Source: Chlorobiaceae bacterium
GTDB lineage: Bacteria; Bacteroidota; Chlorobiia; Chlorobiales; Chlorobiaceae
NCBI GenBank assembly: GCA_013334755.1
Contig: JAAXWX010000001.1
Coordinates: 35,920 to 99,919 of the forward strand
DNA length: 64,000 bases
Reading direction: 5' to 3'
Below, in pieces: positions 32,445 to 42,920 of the stretch. Below the pieces are notes generated by a model. The model worked only from the letters and a program-made list of their open reading frames with translations, was not told where the DNA came from and made no database searches. The position numbers and the translations under genes are program-made. How positions within the stretch are numbered: the stretch's first letter is position 1; each line of letters starts with the position of its first letter.

Positions 32445-34585
32445 ACCAGCAAAAAAAGGTCTTCTTGACAAGGCTGCTCCGCATCCTGTTTGCTCTGCTT
32501 CTGCTGCTGGCGCTTCTTCCGGCGTCAGCATGGTTTTTGTTCCCCTGGTATGCGCAATCGATGGCGGATCGTGCCCTTGAGGGGAAACCATTTCACATTG
32601 AAATTTCCGGAGCAGGACTGCCGGGCTTTTCAGGTGCAAGCTTTCGCAAGATAAAGGTGACCTTCACCACGCCGCCAGATGGTTGCGGTGATGCTGCCAC
32701 CTATTCTCTCTCACTGGCCGATGTATTGCTCTCCTGGCATTTCAAAAATAACAACACTCCTGGTGCCGGAACTTTCCTGCCAAACGTTCTCAATGCGACA
32801 TTCACGATCGAAGCAGATTCGCTCAATCTGAAACCGGAAACTGAAGAGTTTGCTTTCAGCGACCTCAAACCTGAAATAACAGCGAACATCGACATTTCGC
32901 GCAATCAGGCCTTCAAACTCTCTTTCAGACCACTCCTGGCAACCTACCCGATCGACAGTGCAATCGTTACCCGGGAAAAGCTTCGCCTTGAAGGAGTCAG
33001 ATTCAACGTGCGGCTGAGCGCCGAAAACAAATGGCAACAGCCATTGGATACGCTGCATGTTGCAAAGCTTTTCAGCGATGGAAACCAGAGCCCTGTCGGC
33101 AATTTCAAAGCCCTCTTCAGTTCAAAACGCAATCCCCTTAACCCTTGTACCATAACGCTTACCGACTGCTTGGTGGAGCTGTTTCACTGGAAAGCCTCAA
33201 CAGAGAGTATTGAATACGACCTGAAAGAAAAGAGCTCCCGCTTCTCCCTCCGCCTGGCGGAAATCCCGCTTGCAGAGCTCCCGGGCTTCAAAGGCAGCAG
33301 CAGCACTCCCTTTGCCACTGGCAGGATAAGCGGGCTCATACCCGTTGAATTCCAGGATTCAACCGTGAACGTGCGTAATGCTGTTATCATGGCCGGTAAG
33401 GATACAAGACTTCTCTTCTACAATAAAGAACAGAAACCATGGCTTTCACTTGATTTCGGGATTGGAGAAGTAGCGAAAAATCTCAATGCAAGCGTAATAC
33501 TTAACAGCCGGAACAAAAAGCTTTCGGGACTTGCCATGAGCGACCTGTCGGCATCAGTGCTTGGCGGAACTGTCACGTCAACACCTGTCAGTTTTGACCC
33601 GTCAGCCAACACAACCCGGTTGACCCTCAGGCTGAACAGGATAAACGCACTTGATCGAGTGCGTCTGCACGGTGATTTCAAGGGCTCACTTAATGGCACG
33701 ATAAGCGGAACGATTCCGCTTGTCATCGCAAAAAAAGGATTCTCCATCCATAACGCGCATATTCAATCCCCTGGAGGCGGCAGGGTAACCTTTGCTCCAC
33801 CCTCGATACAGAAAAGTGCGCAGGAACGCATTTTCGGCACGCAGAAACCAGATGCAGACTATACCTTCAGCGAACCGGATCTTGTACTCAACCGTTCATT
33901 AAACGGCACTGCCACCATCAGCTTCAACCTGAAAAAACTCTTGCGGAAAACCGACGGAGGAGAAATGCTGCTCCTTTCACCCAAAGGCACGCTCATGCTT
34001 GGCCATAACCGCACGAACATGAATACTGTCGCCCTTTCGGATTTCAGTGCGGGATTTCTGGATGGCACCGTCGCTATCGGCCATATCGATTATGATATGG
34101 CAAAAAAAGAGGGGGAAACCATGCTGCAGGTCAACAATATTCCTCTGCAGAAACTGCTTGACATGCAGGGAACAAAAAAAATATATGCGACAGGCAACCT
34201 GAGGGGAAACATCCCGGTGAAAATGAAAAACGACGTATTTGAAATCAGGGATGGAGGAATGAACGCCGAACAGTCAGGACAGATCATTTACGCCACTACC
34301 CCTGAAGAGCGGGCTGCTGCAAATCAGGGGCTTCGCACCACCTATGAGGCGCTCTCAAACTTTCTCTACGTTCATCTGGTCTCCTCAATCAATATGGCCC
34401 CTGACGGCAAATCGATCATTACCATCCAGCTCAAGGGAACCAACCCCGACTTTCAGAACGGACGACCTATCGAACTGAACCTCAACGTCGAGCAGAACCT
34501 GCTCGACCTCATGCGCAGCCTCTCCATCTCTACGAACGTTGAACAGGTCATCTCCGAAAAAGCCCTTCAGCTTCAGAAAAAATAG
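32402..34585 (+). CDS. YdbH-like (AsmA-like) intermembrane lipid-bridge protein
   Basis: N-terminal TM anchor, beta-rich body, C-terminal ALSNFLY..L...G..IITIQLKG.NPD..GRPIELNLNVEQNLLDLMRSL typical of YdbH; likely start ATG 32423. Confidence 0.8.
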   Translation: MGADRGKMDKENSVNQQKKVFLTRLLRILFALLLLLALLPASAWFLFPWYAQSMADRALEGKPFHIEISGAGLPGFSGASFRKIKVTFTTPPDGCGDAATYSLSLADVLLSWHFKNNNTPGAGTFLPNVLNATFTIEADSLNLKPETEEFAFSDLKPEITANIDISRNQAFKLSFRPLLATYPIDSAIVTREKLRLEGVRFNVRLSAENKWQQPLDTLHVAKLFSDGNQSPVGNFKALFSSKRNPLNPCTITLTDCLVELFHWKASTESIEYDLKEKSSRFSLRLAEIPLAELPGFKGSSSTPFATGRISGLIPVEFQDSTVNVRNAVIMAGKDTRLLFYNKEQKPWLSLDFGIGEVAKNLNASVILNSRNKKLSGLAMSDLSASVLGGTVTSTPVSFDPSANTTRLTLRLNRINALDRVRLHGDFKGSLNGTISGTIPLVIAKKGFSIHNAHIQSPGGGRVTFAPPSIQKSAQERIFGTQKPDADYTFSEPDLVLNRSLNGTATISFNLKKLLRKTDGGEMLLLSPKGTLMLGHNRTNMNTVALSDFSAGFLDGTVAIGHIDYDMAKKEGETMLQVNNIPLQKLLDMQGTKKIYATGNLRGNIPVKMKNDVFEIRDGGMNAEQSGQIIYATTPEERAAANQGLRTTYEALSNFLYVHLVSSINMAPDGKSIITIQLKGTNPDFQNGRPIELNLNVEQNLLDLMRSLSISTNVEQVISEKALQLQKK

Positions 34586-34817
34586 GTTTCAGCCAACACG
34601 TTTATCCGGCAATGCCTGTATCGGGCTCAATTGTTGATCTGTTGAAGCATAAACTCCTGGCTTCATCAGGGGAACATCAAGCTTTATCGCACTGTTTTCT
34701 GTCAATGCCTTGAGTGAAGCGATCTTCAGAACGTTCACCATGCTCAAACATTCCTGACGGAAATGTGTTGTTAAGGGCTAACAAAAAAAGAAGTATTTCA
34801 AGAAATGGTGCCTCATA

Positions 34818-35558
34818 TCATTCCTCATGAACAATGGTATGCCGGTGCATGGTCGATGTCCGGCATATTCGCGTCAAATTGCCGACGGCAGTTTCGAGCT
34901 TGTCGTACGGAAAGGCAAGAAGCAGGTCATCGGGCCCGAGAGAGAGCCCGGCATTACCACCGGTATCTCCAAGCGTGAACGTCGGTTGTCCGGTTCTCAT
35001 GACATAGCTTGAAACCATCTCGCAGGTCGATCCCCCGGCGATTCCATGAACCAGTTCGCCGCTGTCAAAGCCGTAAGCCCTCAGGATGTGCTGTCCCTGA
35101 AAAGGCTTGCAGACGATCAGAACCACATCCGGCCGAAGGGTATCATCATTCATGGCAGAAAGAGGCCCGACGATCTGCGCTTCAAACTCTCCATCTTCAA
35201 ACGGCATGGTCGATGCGAGAGAACAGCGAAGAGCTTTCATCGTTCCGAACAGTTTCCCGTCACCGATCATGAATTTTTCTGCAACCTCGAGAGGCAGAAG
35301 GCTTCCGAAACCGGCCGCTATTGCACCGCCACCGCAAAGCTGATGCTCCCTGGTCGTATAGAATGGGCCTGCGCCCCTGAGGCAGTCGCCCCACATGGCA
35401 CAAAGAAATGATTTTGGAGTTTGCTCCCCTGATGAGGCTCCGAATTTTTTCACCCCTTCGGGCAGATCACTGAGCGAAGTAACAAATTTGACCGCTATCG
35501 GATTGCAGGCAAGTCCTTCGCTCTCTACAAGTGTTTTCGATAATTGCTCTGGAGTCAT
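34818..35558 (-). CDS. DUF169 family protein
   Basis: PIAVKF, FLCAM, CGGGAIAAG, PDVVLIVCKPFQ, STCE, TLGDTGG pattern. Confidence 0.75.
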   Translation of the reverse strand: MTPEQLSKTLVESEGLACNPIAVKFVTSLSDLPEGVKKFGASSGEQTPKSFLCAMWGDCLRGAGPFYTTREHQLCGGGAIAAGFGSLLPLEVAEKFMIGDGKLFGTMKALRCSLASTMPFEDGEFEAQIVGPLSAMNDDTLRPDVVLIVCKPFQGQHILRAYGFDSGELVHGIAGGSTCEMVSSYVMRTGQPTFTLGDTGGNAGLSLGPDDLLLAFPYDKLETAVGNLTRICRTSTMHRHTIVHEE

Positions 35559-35782
35559 GGTTCACTCTTGAATCGTTACTGGCGTGTTAACCGGACATCC
35601 GGCATTTAACTGGAGTATACTAAAATTGACAAACATCGCGGAAAAAAGGGGAAATACCCCGCATGTTCCGATAACGGAAAATATTGATCTCAATAGTCGG
35701 TTGTTTGATGGGTCATAAAAGCGCGAATAGGAAGGTTTTTTTAGTCAATCAACTGCAATAATCTTTATCCCTCTACCTCAAC

Positions 35783-35945
35783 TTATTCGATACAGTCGCT
35801 GCGGATGTATTGGGGTTGTTAACCTTTGTTGGGGTAGATATCGAGCTTGTCGTCACCTGAGGGAACAAGGAGGTTTGTGGCTTCCGGCGTACCGGCTTCA
35901 AGCCACTTTTTCCAGTGGTTTGGGCTCAAGAATGACCGGCATCCG
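35783..35945 (-). pseudogene. SOS response-associated peptidase (SRAP/YedK) C-terminal remnant
   Basis: Frameshifted RMPVILEP / HWKKWLEAGTPEATNLLVPSGDDKLDIYP / KVNNP / YIRSDCIE* matches the SRAP C-terminus (RMPVIL..WL..L.P..YPV..VNNP..CIE). Confidence 0.7.
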
Positions 35946-36159
35946 TCATGGACGAACCTTTCACCCTGGCATAGAAAGTAGCTGCAGGATGCTTGACGAG
36001 CGTTTTATTGAGGTCAAGGGAGACATCCTCAAAGTCTTCGGCAGGAGAGGGAAATCCGGCGGAAATCCCGGTACCCGCAAGCGGGAGCTCAAGGCTTGTG
36101 GTCAGGTCGGCGGTGTAGAAGTCGAGCACCGGACCGGAATGGATTTGTGAAAGCTTCAT
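35926..36159 (-). pseudogene. umuD: UmuD (LexA/S24 family) 5' remnant
   Basis: ISAGFPSPAEDF (autocleavage site), LDLNKTLVKHPAATFYARVKGSSMTDAG; truncated before the catalytic Lys; start ATG 36159. Confidence 0.85.
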
Positions 36160-36366
36160 AAAATAGTACGCTGTCCTTTTTCTTGAATATGCATTCGAGA
36201 AATGAACTGGCCAAAAGGTTTGAGCATGATTGATCAGCAATCAGCTTCCTGGCAATGTCCGGACTTTCCCGGAAATCTTTTTGCATGCAAGGCATCAGCT
36301 CAAAGCAATACGGTAAAATTTATTATTTTGCGGGCAGATTATTCCTACAACAACTGATATTCTCTT

Positions 36367-37749
36367 ATGAGCAGCAAAAAAGAATTACTCTGGCAGAGCC
36401 GGTTTTCCCTACCTTTTGACCGCGATGCGCTCCTGTTCTCATCGTCGGTTCATGTCGATAAAAAGCTCTATCGTGAGGATATTCAGGGCTCAATTGCCCA
36501 TGTCACCATGCTGGCCGAGGAAAATATTGTCAGTCAGGAAGAGGCTGAGCAGATTATTGCGGCACTCAGGGAGATTGAGGTGGAGCTTTCGAACGGAGAT
36601 GTTGTTCCGCACTGGGAGGACGAAGACATTCATACCGTCATTGAGAACCGGCTGAAGGAAAAGATAGGAGCGGTCGCCGGCAAACTGCACTCCGGCAGAA
36701 GCCGGAACGATCAGGTTGCAACCGATACCCGTCTCTATATGCGCCGCCAGATTGTTGAACTGCAGGAATCTCTTGGCGGACTTCTGAAGGTTCTTGTGGA
36801 AAAAGCGGAAACATACCGCGAAACCATCATTTTCGGGTATACCCATCTGCAGCGTGCCCAGCCAATATCCGCAGGCCATTATTATCTTGCATGGTTCAAC
36901 ATGTTTATCCGTGACCGCCAGCGGCTTGGTGATCTCATGAAAAGGGTTAATATCTCCCCTCTTGGCGCAGCAGCCTTTGCAGGCAGCACTCTGCCGCTCA
37001 ATGCTGAAAGAACTGCCGTTCTGCTTGGTTTTGACGATCTTTTTTCAAACAGCATCGATGCGGTCAGTGACCGCGACATAGTCATTGAGTTCATCTCCGA
37101 CTGCTCCATGATCATGATGCACCTGTCACGGTTCTCCGAGGATCTGATTCTCTGGAGCTCCTACGAGTTCGGCTATCTTGAGATCAGCGATGCCTTCGCA
37201 ACAGGATCATCAATCATGCCGCAGAAAAAAAACGCCGATATTGCCGAGCTGGTGAGGGGTAAAACGGGAAGGGTATACGGGAATCTGATGGCCATGCTGA
37301 CCATCATGAAAGGGCTGCCCCTCTCCTATAACCGTGACATGCAGGAAGACAAGCAGCCTCTGTTTGACAGCGCAGAAACAACAACAGCTTGTGTGAATAT
37401 TTTTGCCAAACTGCTTGAGCATACTTCACTCAAGGAGGGACGTCTGGCCAAACTGACCGGTGAAGATCTCAGCCTTGCTACAGAAATAGCAGAATACCTG
37501 GTACGCAAACAGATTCCTTTCCGCGATGCCCACCGCATTACCGGCAAAATAGTAACCTGGAGCATCGCTTCGGATATTACACTGCCAAACATCCCTGTTG
37601 AAAAGTTCAGGGAGTTCTGCGAAATTATTGATCCGGATATCTACGACTGCCTCAAGGCAGACATGAGTGTGAACTCAAAAAAAACACATGGGAGCTGTTC
37701 TTTTGACTCGGTTGCACTCCAGATCAGCAAGGCCAGAAAAGAGCTCTAA
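36367..37749 (+). CDS. argH: Argininosuccinate lyase
   Basis: [49 protein letters not shown]. Confidence 0.98.
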   Translation: MSSKKELLWQSRFSLPFDRDALLFSSSVHVDKKLYREDIQGSIAHVTMLAEENIVSQEEAEQIIAALREIEVELSNGDVVPHWEDEDIHTVIENRLKEKIGAVAGKLHSGRSRNDQVATDTRLYMRRQIVELQESLGGLLKVLVEKAETYRETIIFGYTHLQRAQPISAGHYYLAWFNMFIRDRQRLGDLMKRVNISPLGAAAFAGSTLPLNAERTAVLLGFDDLFSNSIDAVSDRDIVIEFISDCSMIMMHLSRFSEDLILWSSYEFGYLEISDAFATGSSIMPQKKNADIAELVRGKTGRVYGNLMAMLTIMKGLPLSYNRDMQEDKQPLFDSAETTTACVNIFAKLLEHTSLKEGRLAKLTGEDLSLATEIAEYLVRKQIPFRDAHRITGKIVTWSIASDITLPNIPVEKFREFCEIIDPDIYDCLKADMSVNSKKTHGSCSFDSVALQISKARKEL

Positions 37750-39809
37750 CGCAATGCCGGCAGGGCTCGGGCAGCCGGTTTTCCAGCCTCGATTTCTGCC
37801 AGATCCGCAACAACAGAGGCTGACTGGTTGAGCACCGCGTCCTTGCTCAGCTCATTCTTTGCGTCCGGCCCTTTCACCCACTGCTTCTCAATCCTGTTTA
37901 TTGTTTCCGTTTCAGATTTGACGGCTGAATCCTGAAGAGAAACCGCCTTCTTTTTGCGTATCTGGTCAAGGGTACCGATATCCTTGAGATAGCTCTGGTA
38001 GAGAGGGTTGCTCAATGACCGTTCCTGAAATTTTTGCCGGAGCAGATTGATTTTTTCCGGACTGATCTCTGCTGTGGGTTTATAAAATGATGGCGTGATA
38101 ATGCTCCATGGCAGACTGCTGGTATAGGTATCTTCACCAATTGCTGCTGTATTGATCATGGAGGGCATGATAATATCAGGCTCCACCCCCTTATGCTGTG
38201 TGCTTTCTCCGGAAATCCGGTAAAACTTTGCAACGGTGAGCTTGATCTCTCCAAGATAAGGCCGCTTTTCAACAATGGATGAAGGTCTTGAAAGCTTGAT
38301 GAGACTTTGAACCGTTCCCTTCCCGAATGTTCTCTCGCCGATGATAACACCGCGGCTGTAATCCTGGATTGCCGCAGCAAAAATTTCGGAGGCCGATGCG
38401 CTGTAACGATTGACCAGCACGGCAAGTGGTCCACTATACTGTACCCGACTGTCTTCGTCCTTGAGTACATCTTTTCCTCCTGCTGAGTCGCTGATCTGCA
38501 CGACAGGTCCGCTTGGAATAAATAGTCCTGAAACGTTTACGGATTCTTCAAGCGAACCGCCGCCATTATCACGAAGATCAATGATGACGCCATCGACATG
38601 CTCTGCATTCAGTTCGTTCAGAATGCGTGCAACATCACGGCTGGTGCTGTTGTAGTTGCCGCTGTTCTGCTGCTGAGCTTCGAAATCGAGATAAAATGAT
38701 GGTATGGTAATAACACCGATTTTCCTGGCATTCAGCTGGATAATTTTTTTCTGTGCAGCCTGTTCCTGCAGGTTGATCTTGTCGCGCACAAGTTCGACTG
38801 TTTTTTCAGGCCCACGCCCGCCCTGGCTTGCCGGGAGGATTTTCAGGCGAACAATGGTACCTTTCCTTCCGCGGATAAGCTTTACAACATCATAGATCCT
38901 CCAGCCTGAAACATCAACAACAGCCGCACCTCTGCCCTGACCGACACCAATAATTTTATCCCCTTTTTTCAACAGATTGCTTTTGAGTGCCGGACCTCCG
39001 GGAATAAGCTCATTGACAACGGTATGCTCCCCTTCTGTCTGCAGTTTGGCGCCGATTCCCTCAAGCGAACGGCTCATATCAATCTGGAAGTTATCAAACT
39101 CATCAGGAGAGAAATAGCTTGTATGGGGATCGAACGATGTTGTTAATGCATAGGTATAGGCATGAAAGGCATCTTCGGGTTTCTGACGGTTCAACAGGTT
39201 CAATCTGCTGGTAAAGGTTTTTGCAAGAGCTGCGCGAATGGTCTTGGTTTTTTCTCCTGAATACTTAAGGTTAAGCCACTGATATTTCAGCTCTTTTCTC
39301 CACAAATCGGTCAGTTGAAGCATGTCAGAAGGCCAGGGATCATTCTTGCGGTCAAGATCAAGGGTCTCCGGGGTTGAAAAGTTCAAATGCACGGTATCTG
39401 CCGCAGCCTTCATATACCGCATTTTCTCTTTGGCGCGTTTGAGAAAAAGGTTATAAATATCAAACCCGACAGTAGCCTTGCCGGCAAGAAATTCATCATC
39501 CATCTTGTTTGCGTACATCATCCTGAGGCGCTCAATATCACTGGCCAAAAAATAGCTTTTACTGCCGTCAAGATTGTCGATATAACGGTTAAAGATCTGC
39601 TGAGACAACGAATCATTGACCGACACCTTCCTGTAATGGTTCTGTAAAAGGTATTGGCTGATGTAGGTGCCCGCATCTGTTTCTGCAGTGGTCGGTTTGA
39701 GGGCAGTTTCTGACTGAACTGACGGGGTTTGCCGGGAATTTACGGCAAACAGGGGAACAATGCTTCCCGATGCGATAATAAAAAAAAGAAAGAGACTTTT
39801 TCTAAGCAT
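37746..39809 (-). CDS. Carboxy-terminal processing protease (Prc/CtpA, S41A), copy 2
   Basis: Signal peptide, DPHTSYF, EGIGAKL (PDZ), [19 protein letters not shown] (Ser), TFGKGTVQ (Lys). Confidence 0.95.
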   Translation of the reverse strand: MLRKSLFLFFIIASGSIVPLFAVNSRQTPSVQSETALKPTTAETDAGTYISQYLLQNHYRKVSVNDSLSQQIFNRYIDNLDGSKSYFLASDIERLRMMYANKMDDEFLAGKATVGFDIYNLFLKRAKEKMRYMKAAADTVHLNFSTPETLDLDRKNDPWPSDMLQLTDLWRKELKYQWLNLKYSGEKTKTIRAALAKTFTSRLNLLNRQKPEDAFHAYTYALTTSFDPHTSYFSPDEFDNFQIDMSRSLEGIGAKLQTEGEHTVVNELIPGGPALKSNLLKKGDKIIGVGQGRGAAVVDVSGWRIYDVVKLIRGRKGTIVRLKILPASQGGRGPEKTVELVRDKINLQEQAAQKKIIQLNARKIGVITIPSFYLDFEAQQQNSGNYNSTSRDVARILNELNAEHVDGVIIDLRDNGGGSLEESVNVSGLFIPSGPVVQISDSAGGKDVLKDEDSRVQYSGPLAVLVNRYSASASEIFAAAIQDYSRGVIIGERTFGKGTVQSLIKLSRPSSIVEKRPYLGEIKLTVAKFYRISGESTQHKGVEPDIIMPSMINTAAIGEDTYTSSLPWSIITPSFYKPTAEISPEKINLLRQKFQERSLSNPLYQSYLKDIGTLDQIRKKKAVSLQDSAVKSETETINRIEKQWVKGPDAKNELSKDAVLNQSASVVADLAEIEAGKPAARALPALR

Positions 39810-39826
39810 TGTCGTGCAGGAAAATT

Positions 39827-40345
39827 TTATGAATACACCCAGACGGAGGCCGGCGGAATATTTTTCATAACAAACCGCCTTCTGACTTTACTCTGGAAAT
39901 TAACTTCACCAAGGGGATTATTGAGACCATACGTGTACATGACACACCACTTAAGCAGGCCATTGCTGTAAAGCGTGTTTATGATGGGAATGAATGATGA
40001 TTTAAATGGATTGTTGATAAGTGGAATTGAAAGCACCAGACCGAAACCCTTATCAACTTTTTTTAACTGCTCCAATGCACATGAATTGATGGTTTTCAAA
40101 TGAGGATAATTTTGCCGAAGCAGAGCGCAGAATTCCTTATCAATTTCAACCAATAGCGGGTTCAAGCTTGAAATATGTTTGGTGATTGCTCCCGTTCCAG
40201 CACCGATCTCAATAACGGGTGTCTGATCTAACTCTTTAATTGATTTAAATATAGCCTTTGCTAAAAACTCTGAAGAGGGTATGACGGAACCAATACTCTG
40301 GGGATTTCTTAGATATTTTTTTAGAAACAGTATCTTTTTACGCAT
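39827..40345 (-). CDS. PmtA-like class I SAM-dependent methyltransferase
   Basis: YLRNPQSIGSVIPSS..LAK, IEIGAGTGAIT, V..NIPPA.VW.Y match the phospholipid N-methyltransferase/KsgA-like small family. Confidence 0.8.
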   Translation of the reverse strand: MRKKILFLKKYLRNPQSIGSVIPSSEFLAKAIFKSIKELDQTPVIEIGAGTGAITKHISSLNPLLVEIDKEFCALLRQNYPHLKTINSCALEQLKKVDKGFGLVLSIPLINNPFKSSFIPIINTLYSNGLLKWCVMYTYGLNNPLGEVNFQSKVRRRFVMKNIPPASVWVYS

Positions 40346-40362
40346 GTACCTTACCTGATGTT

Positions 40363-40578
40363 TTATATTTTTTTACCTGCCGAATCACCTTCTTCATCTT
40401 TTGACTCTACGGATTCAACCACCTTGTTGAATTCGTTTTCAAGATCACTCTGTGCTTTTTTGAACTCCCTCATCCCTCTGCCGATTCCTCTGGCCAGTTC
40501 AGGAAGTTTTGAAGGGCCGAAAAATAACAGAACAATAAACAGAATAAGTAACAGTTCTTGACCACCAAGTCCAAACAT
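40363..40578 (-). CDS. tatA: Twin-arginine translocase TatA/E subunit
   Basis: MFGLGGQELLLILFIVLLFFGPSKLPELARGIGRGMREFKKA. Confidence 0.95.
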   Translation of the reverse strand: MFGLGGQELLLILFIVLLFFGPSKLPELARGIGRGMREFKKAQSDLENEFNKVVESVESKDEEGDSAGKKI

Positions 40579-40687
40579 GGTCACCCCCTTCGACGTTTAC
40601 ATTCCAATAAAACTGTTCCAGCCGGTTACGCGTATCTTCATTCTTGTTAATTACTACGTACACCGGTTGAATTTCTTTCAATAAACC

Positions 40688-42754
40688 TTAATTCAAGGAT
40701 GGTAAAGTCCGGGTTACTGTCTGCTTCTGGCTTGCCTTCAAGACTGCAAGATCTGAAACAACGGCCGCCGACTGATTGAGCAACACATCCTTGTTCTGGT
40801 TTTTGGTCGAATCCTGATTCTGCACCCACTGCCCCTCAATCTGCTTTATTCTCTCCATTTCTGATTTAAAAGCTGAATCCTGAAGAGAAACAGCCTTCCT
40901 TTTACGGATCTGGTTCAGGGTATACAAGTCATGAAGATAGCTTTGATAGATGCGGTTCTTCAATGACCGTTCCTGCTGCTTTTGGCGGAGCACAACGATC
41001 TCTTCCTGACTGACTTCTGCGGTCGGGCGATAAAATGACCGTGAAAGAGTGCTCCAGGGCAGGCTGCTGCTGTAAGTATCCTCACCCACCACAGAAGTAT
41101 CGATCATTGATGGCATGACAATATCGGGCACAACCCCTTTGTGCTGCGTGCTGCCTCCGGAAATACGGTAAAATTTTGCAATGGTGAGCTTGATCTGGCC
41201 AAGATCAGGTGGTTTTCCAAAAAAATTAAACGGCCTTGTAAGTTTGATGATACTTTGAACAGTTCCCTTCCCGAACGTTCTCTCGCCGATAACAACACCA
41301 CGGCCATAATCCTGGATAGCAGCAGCGAAAATTTCGGATGCAGAAGCACTGTAACGGTTTACCAGCACAGCAAGCGGACCGCTGTACAGGACTCTGCGAT
41401 CTTCATCCCTGAGTACCATTTTTCCGCCTGTTGAATTGCTGATCTGCACGACAGGACCGGTTGGAATAAAAAGTCCGGTGACCGCTACGGACTCTTCAAG
41501 CGAACCACCGCCATTGTCACGAAGATCAATGACTATGCCGTCAACATGTTCACTGTTGAGTTCATTTAAAATACGGGTTACATCACGACTGGTGCTGTTG
41601 TAATTGCCTGTATTCTGCTGCTGACCTTCAAAATCAAGATAAAATGACGGTATGGTAATCACGCCGATTTTTTCACCGTTCTGCTGAATAATGCTTTTCT
41701 TTGCAGCCTGCTCCTGCAGGTCAACTTTGTCGCGCTGGAGCATAACTATTTTTGCAGGGCCTCGCCCGCCCTGACTTGCAGGAAGGATTTTAAGGCGGAC
41801 CAGGGTGTTTTTCTTTCCACGAATCAGCTTTACCACATCATTGATTCTCCATCCGAAAACATCAACAATATCAGCGATCCGTCCCTGACCTACGCCAACA
41901 ATCTTATCCCCTTTTTTCAGGAGATTGCTTTTAAATGCGGGGCCTCCGGGAATCACCTCGTTAACAACAGTGTATTCGTTTTCTGTCTGCAGTTTGGCCC
42001 CGATACCCTCAAGCGAACGACTCATGTCGATCTGAAAGTTTTCAAATTCGTCCGGAGAAAAATAGCTTGTATGTGGATCGAACGATGTTGTCAAGGCATA
42101 GGTATAGGCTTGAAAGGCATCTTCCGGCTTCTGGCGGTTCAAAAGGTTCAGGCGGTTTGTAAAGCTTTTTGCAAGAGTTTGCCGAATGGTCTTGACGTTT
42201 TCGCCGGAATATTTCAGGCTGAGCCACTGGTACTTCAACTCTTTTTTCCAGAGTTCGGTAAGCTGGCGCCTGTCGGCCGGCCATGCATCGGACTTGCGAT
42301 CCAGATCAAGAGTTTCTGGCGTTGAAAAGTTGAAGCGTACAGTATCGGCAGTTACTTTCATATACCGCATCTTTTCTTTAGCCCGCTTCAGAAAAAAATT
42401 ATAAACGCCAAATCCGACATTCGCTTTCCCGGCAAGAAATTCATCATCGATGCGGTTTCCATAAACATGCCGGAGGCTTTCAATCTCGCTTGCCACAAAA
42501 TAGCTTTTGCTGCCGTCAAGATTATCGATGTAGCGATTGAGTATCTGTTGAGAAAGAGAATCATTGATCACGATCTTCCTGTAGTGGTTCTGCAGCAGAT
42601 ATTGACTTATATATCTGACAGCCTCCCCTTGTGCACCTGTCGGCTTGAGGGTGACGACAGGCACGGCTGGCAAAGAAGCTCCAGCATTTACTGCAAATAC
42701 CGGTACTGTACTTCCCATCACAACAATCATGAGAAGCAGACTTTTTCTAAACAT
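40688..42754 (-). CDS. Carboxy-terminal processing protease (Prc/CtpA, S41A), copy 1
   Basis: Same motifs as copy 2 ([38 protein letters not shown]); start placed at ATG 42754 (MFRKS). Confidence 0.95.
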   Translation of the reverse strand: MFRKSLLLMIVVMGSTVPVFAVNAGASLPAVPVVTLKPTGAQGEAVRYISQYLLQNHYRKIVINDSLSQQILNRYIDNLDGSKSYFVASEIESLRHVYGNRIDDEFLAGKANVGFGVYNFFLKRAKEKMRYMKVTADTVRFNFSTPETLDLDRKSDAWPADRRQLTELWKKELKYQWLSLKYSGENVKTIRQTLAKSFTNRLNLLNRQKPEDAFQAYTYALTTSFDPHTSYFSPDEFENFQIDMSRSLEGIGAKLQTENEYTVVNEVIPGGPAFKSNLLKKGDKIVGVGQGRIADIVDVFGWRINDVVKLIRGKKNTLVRLKILPASQGGRGPAKIVMLQRDKVDLQEQAAKKSIIQQNGEKIGVITIPSFYLDFEGQQQNTGNYNSTSRDVTRILNELNSEHVDGIVIDLRDNGGGSLEESVAVTGLFIPTGPVVQISNSTGGKMVLRDEDRRVLYSGPLAVLVNRYSASASEIFAAAIQDYGRGVVIGERTFGKGTVQSIIKLTRPFNFFGKPPDLGQIKLTIAKFYRISGGSTQHKGVVPDIVMPSMIDTSVVGEDTYSSSLPWSTLSRSFYRPTAEVSQEEIVVLRQKQQERSLKNRIYQSYLHDLYTLNQIRKRKAVSLQDSAFKSEMERIKQIEGQWVQNQDSTKNQNKDVLLNQSAAVVSDLAVLKASQKQTVTRTLPSLN

Positions 42755-42920
42755 TATTTTTTCGAGTGATGATTCAAGGGTTAATCGACAGTATTCAAGC
42801 TGTTCTTGAATAAGCAAAGTAATATACTTATATTTAGGAACAGATAATCAGGAGTTCAGCGACAAGATATCCTGATGAAAAAATTGCTGCACATAATAAT
42901 AAATAAACGAAAAGCTTTCA

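Noticed and set aside
36160-36300. SOS/LexA operator upstream of umuD (tccgg-N6-ccgga near 36257-36272)
   Set aside because: Short inverted repeat that matches no LexA box I can support for this lineage
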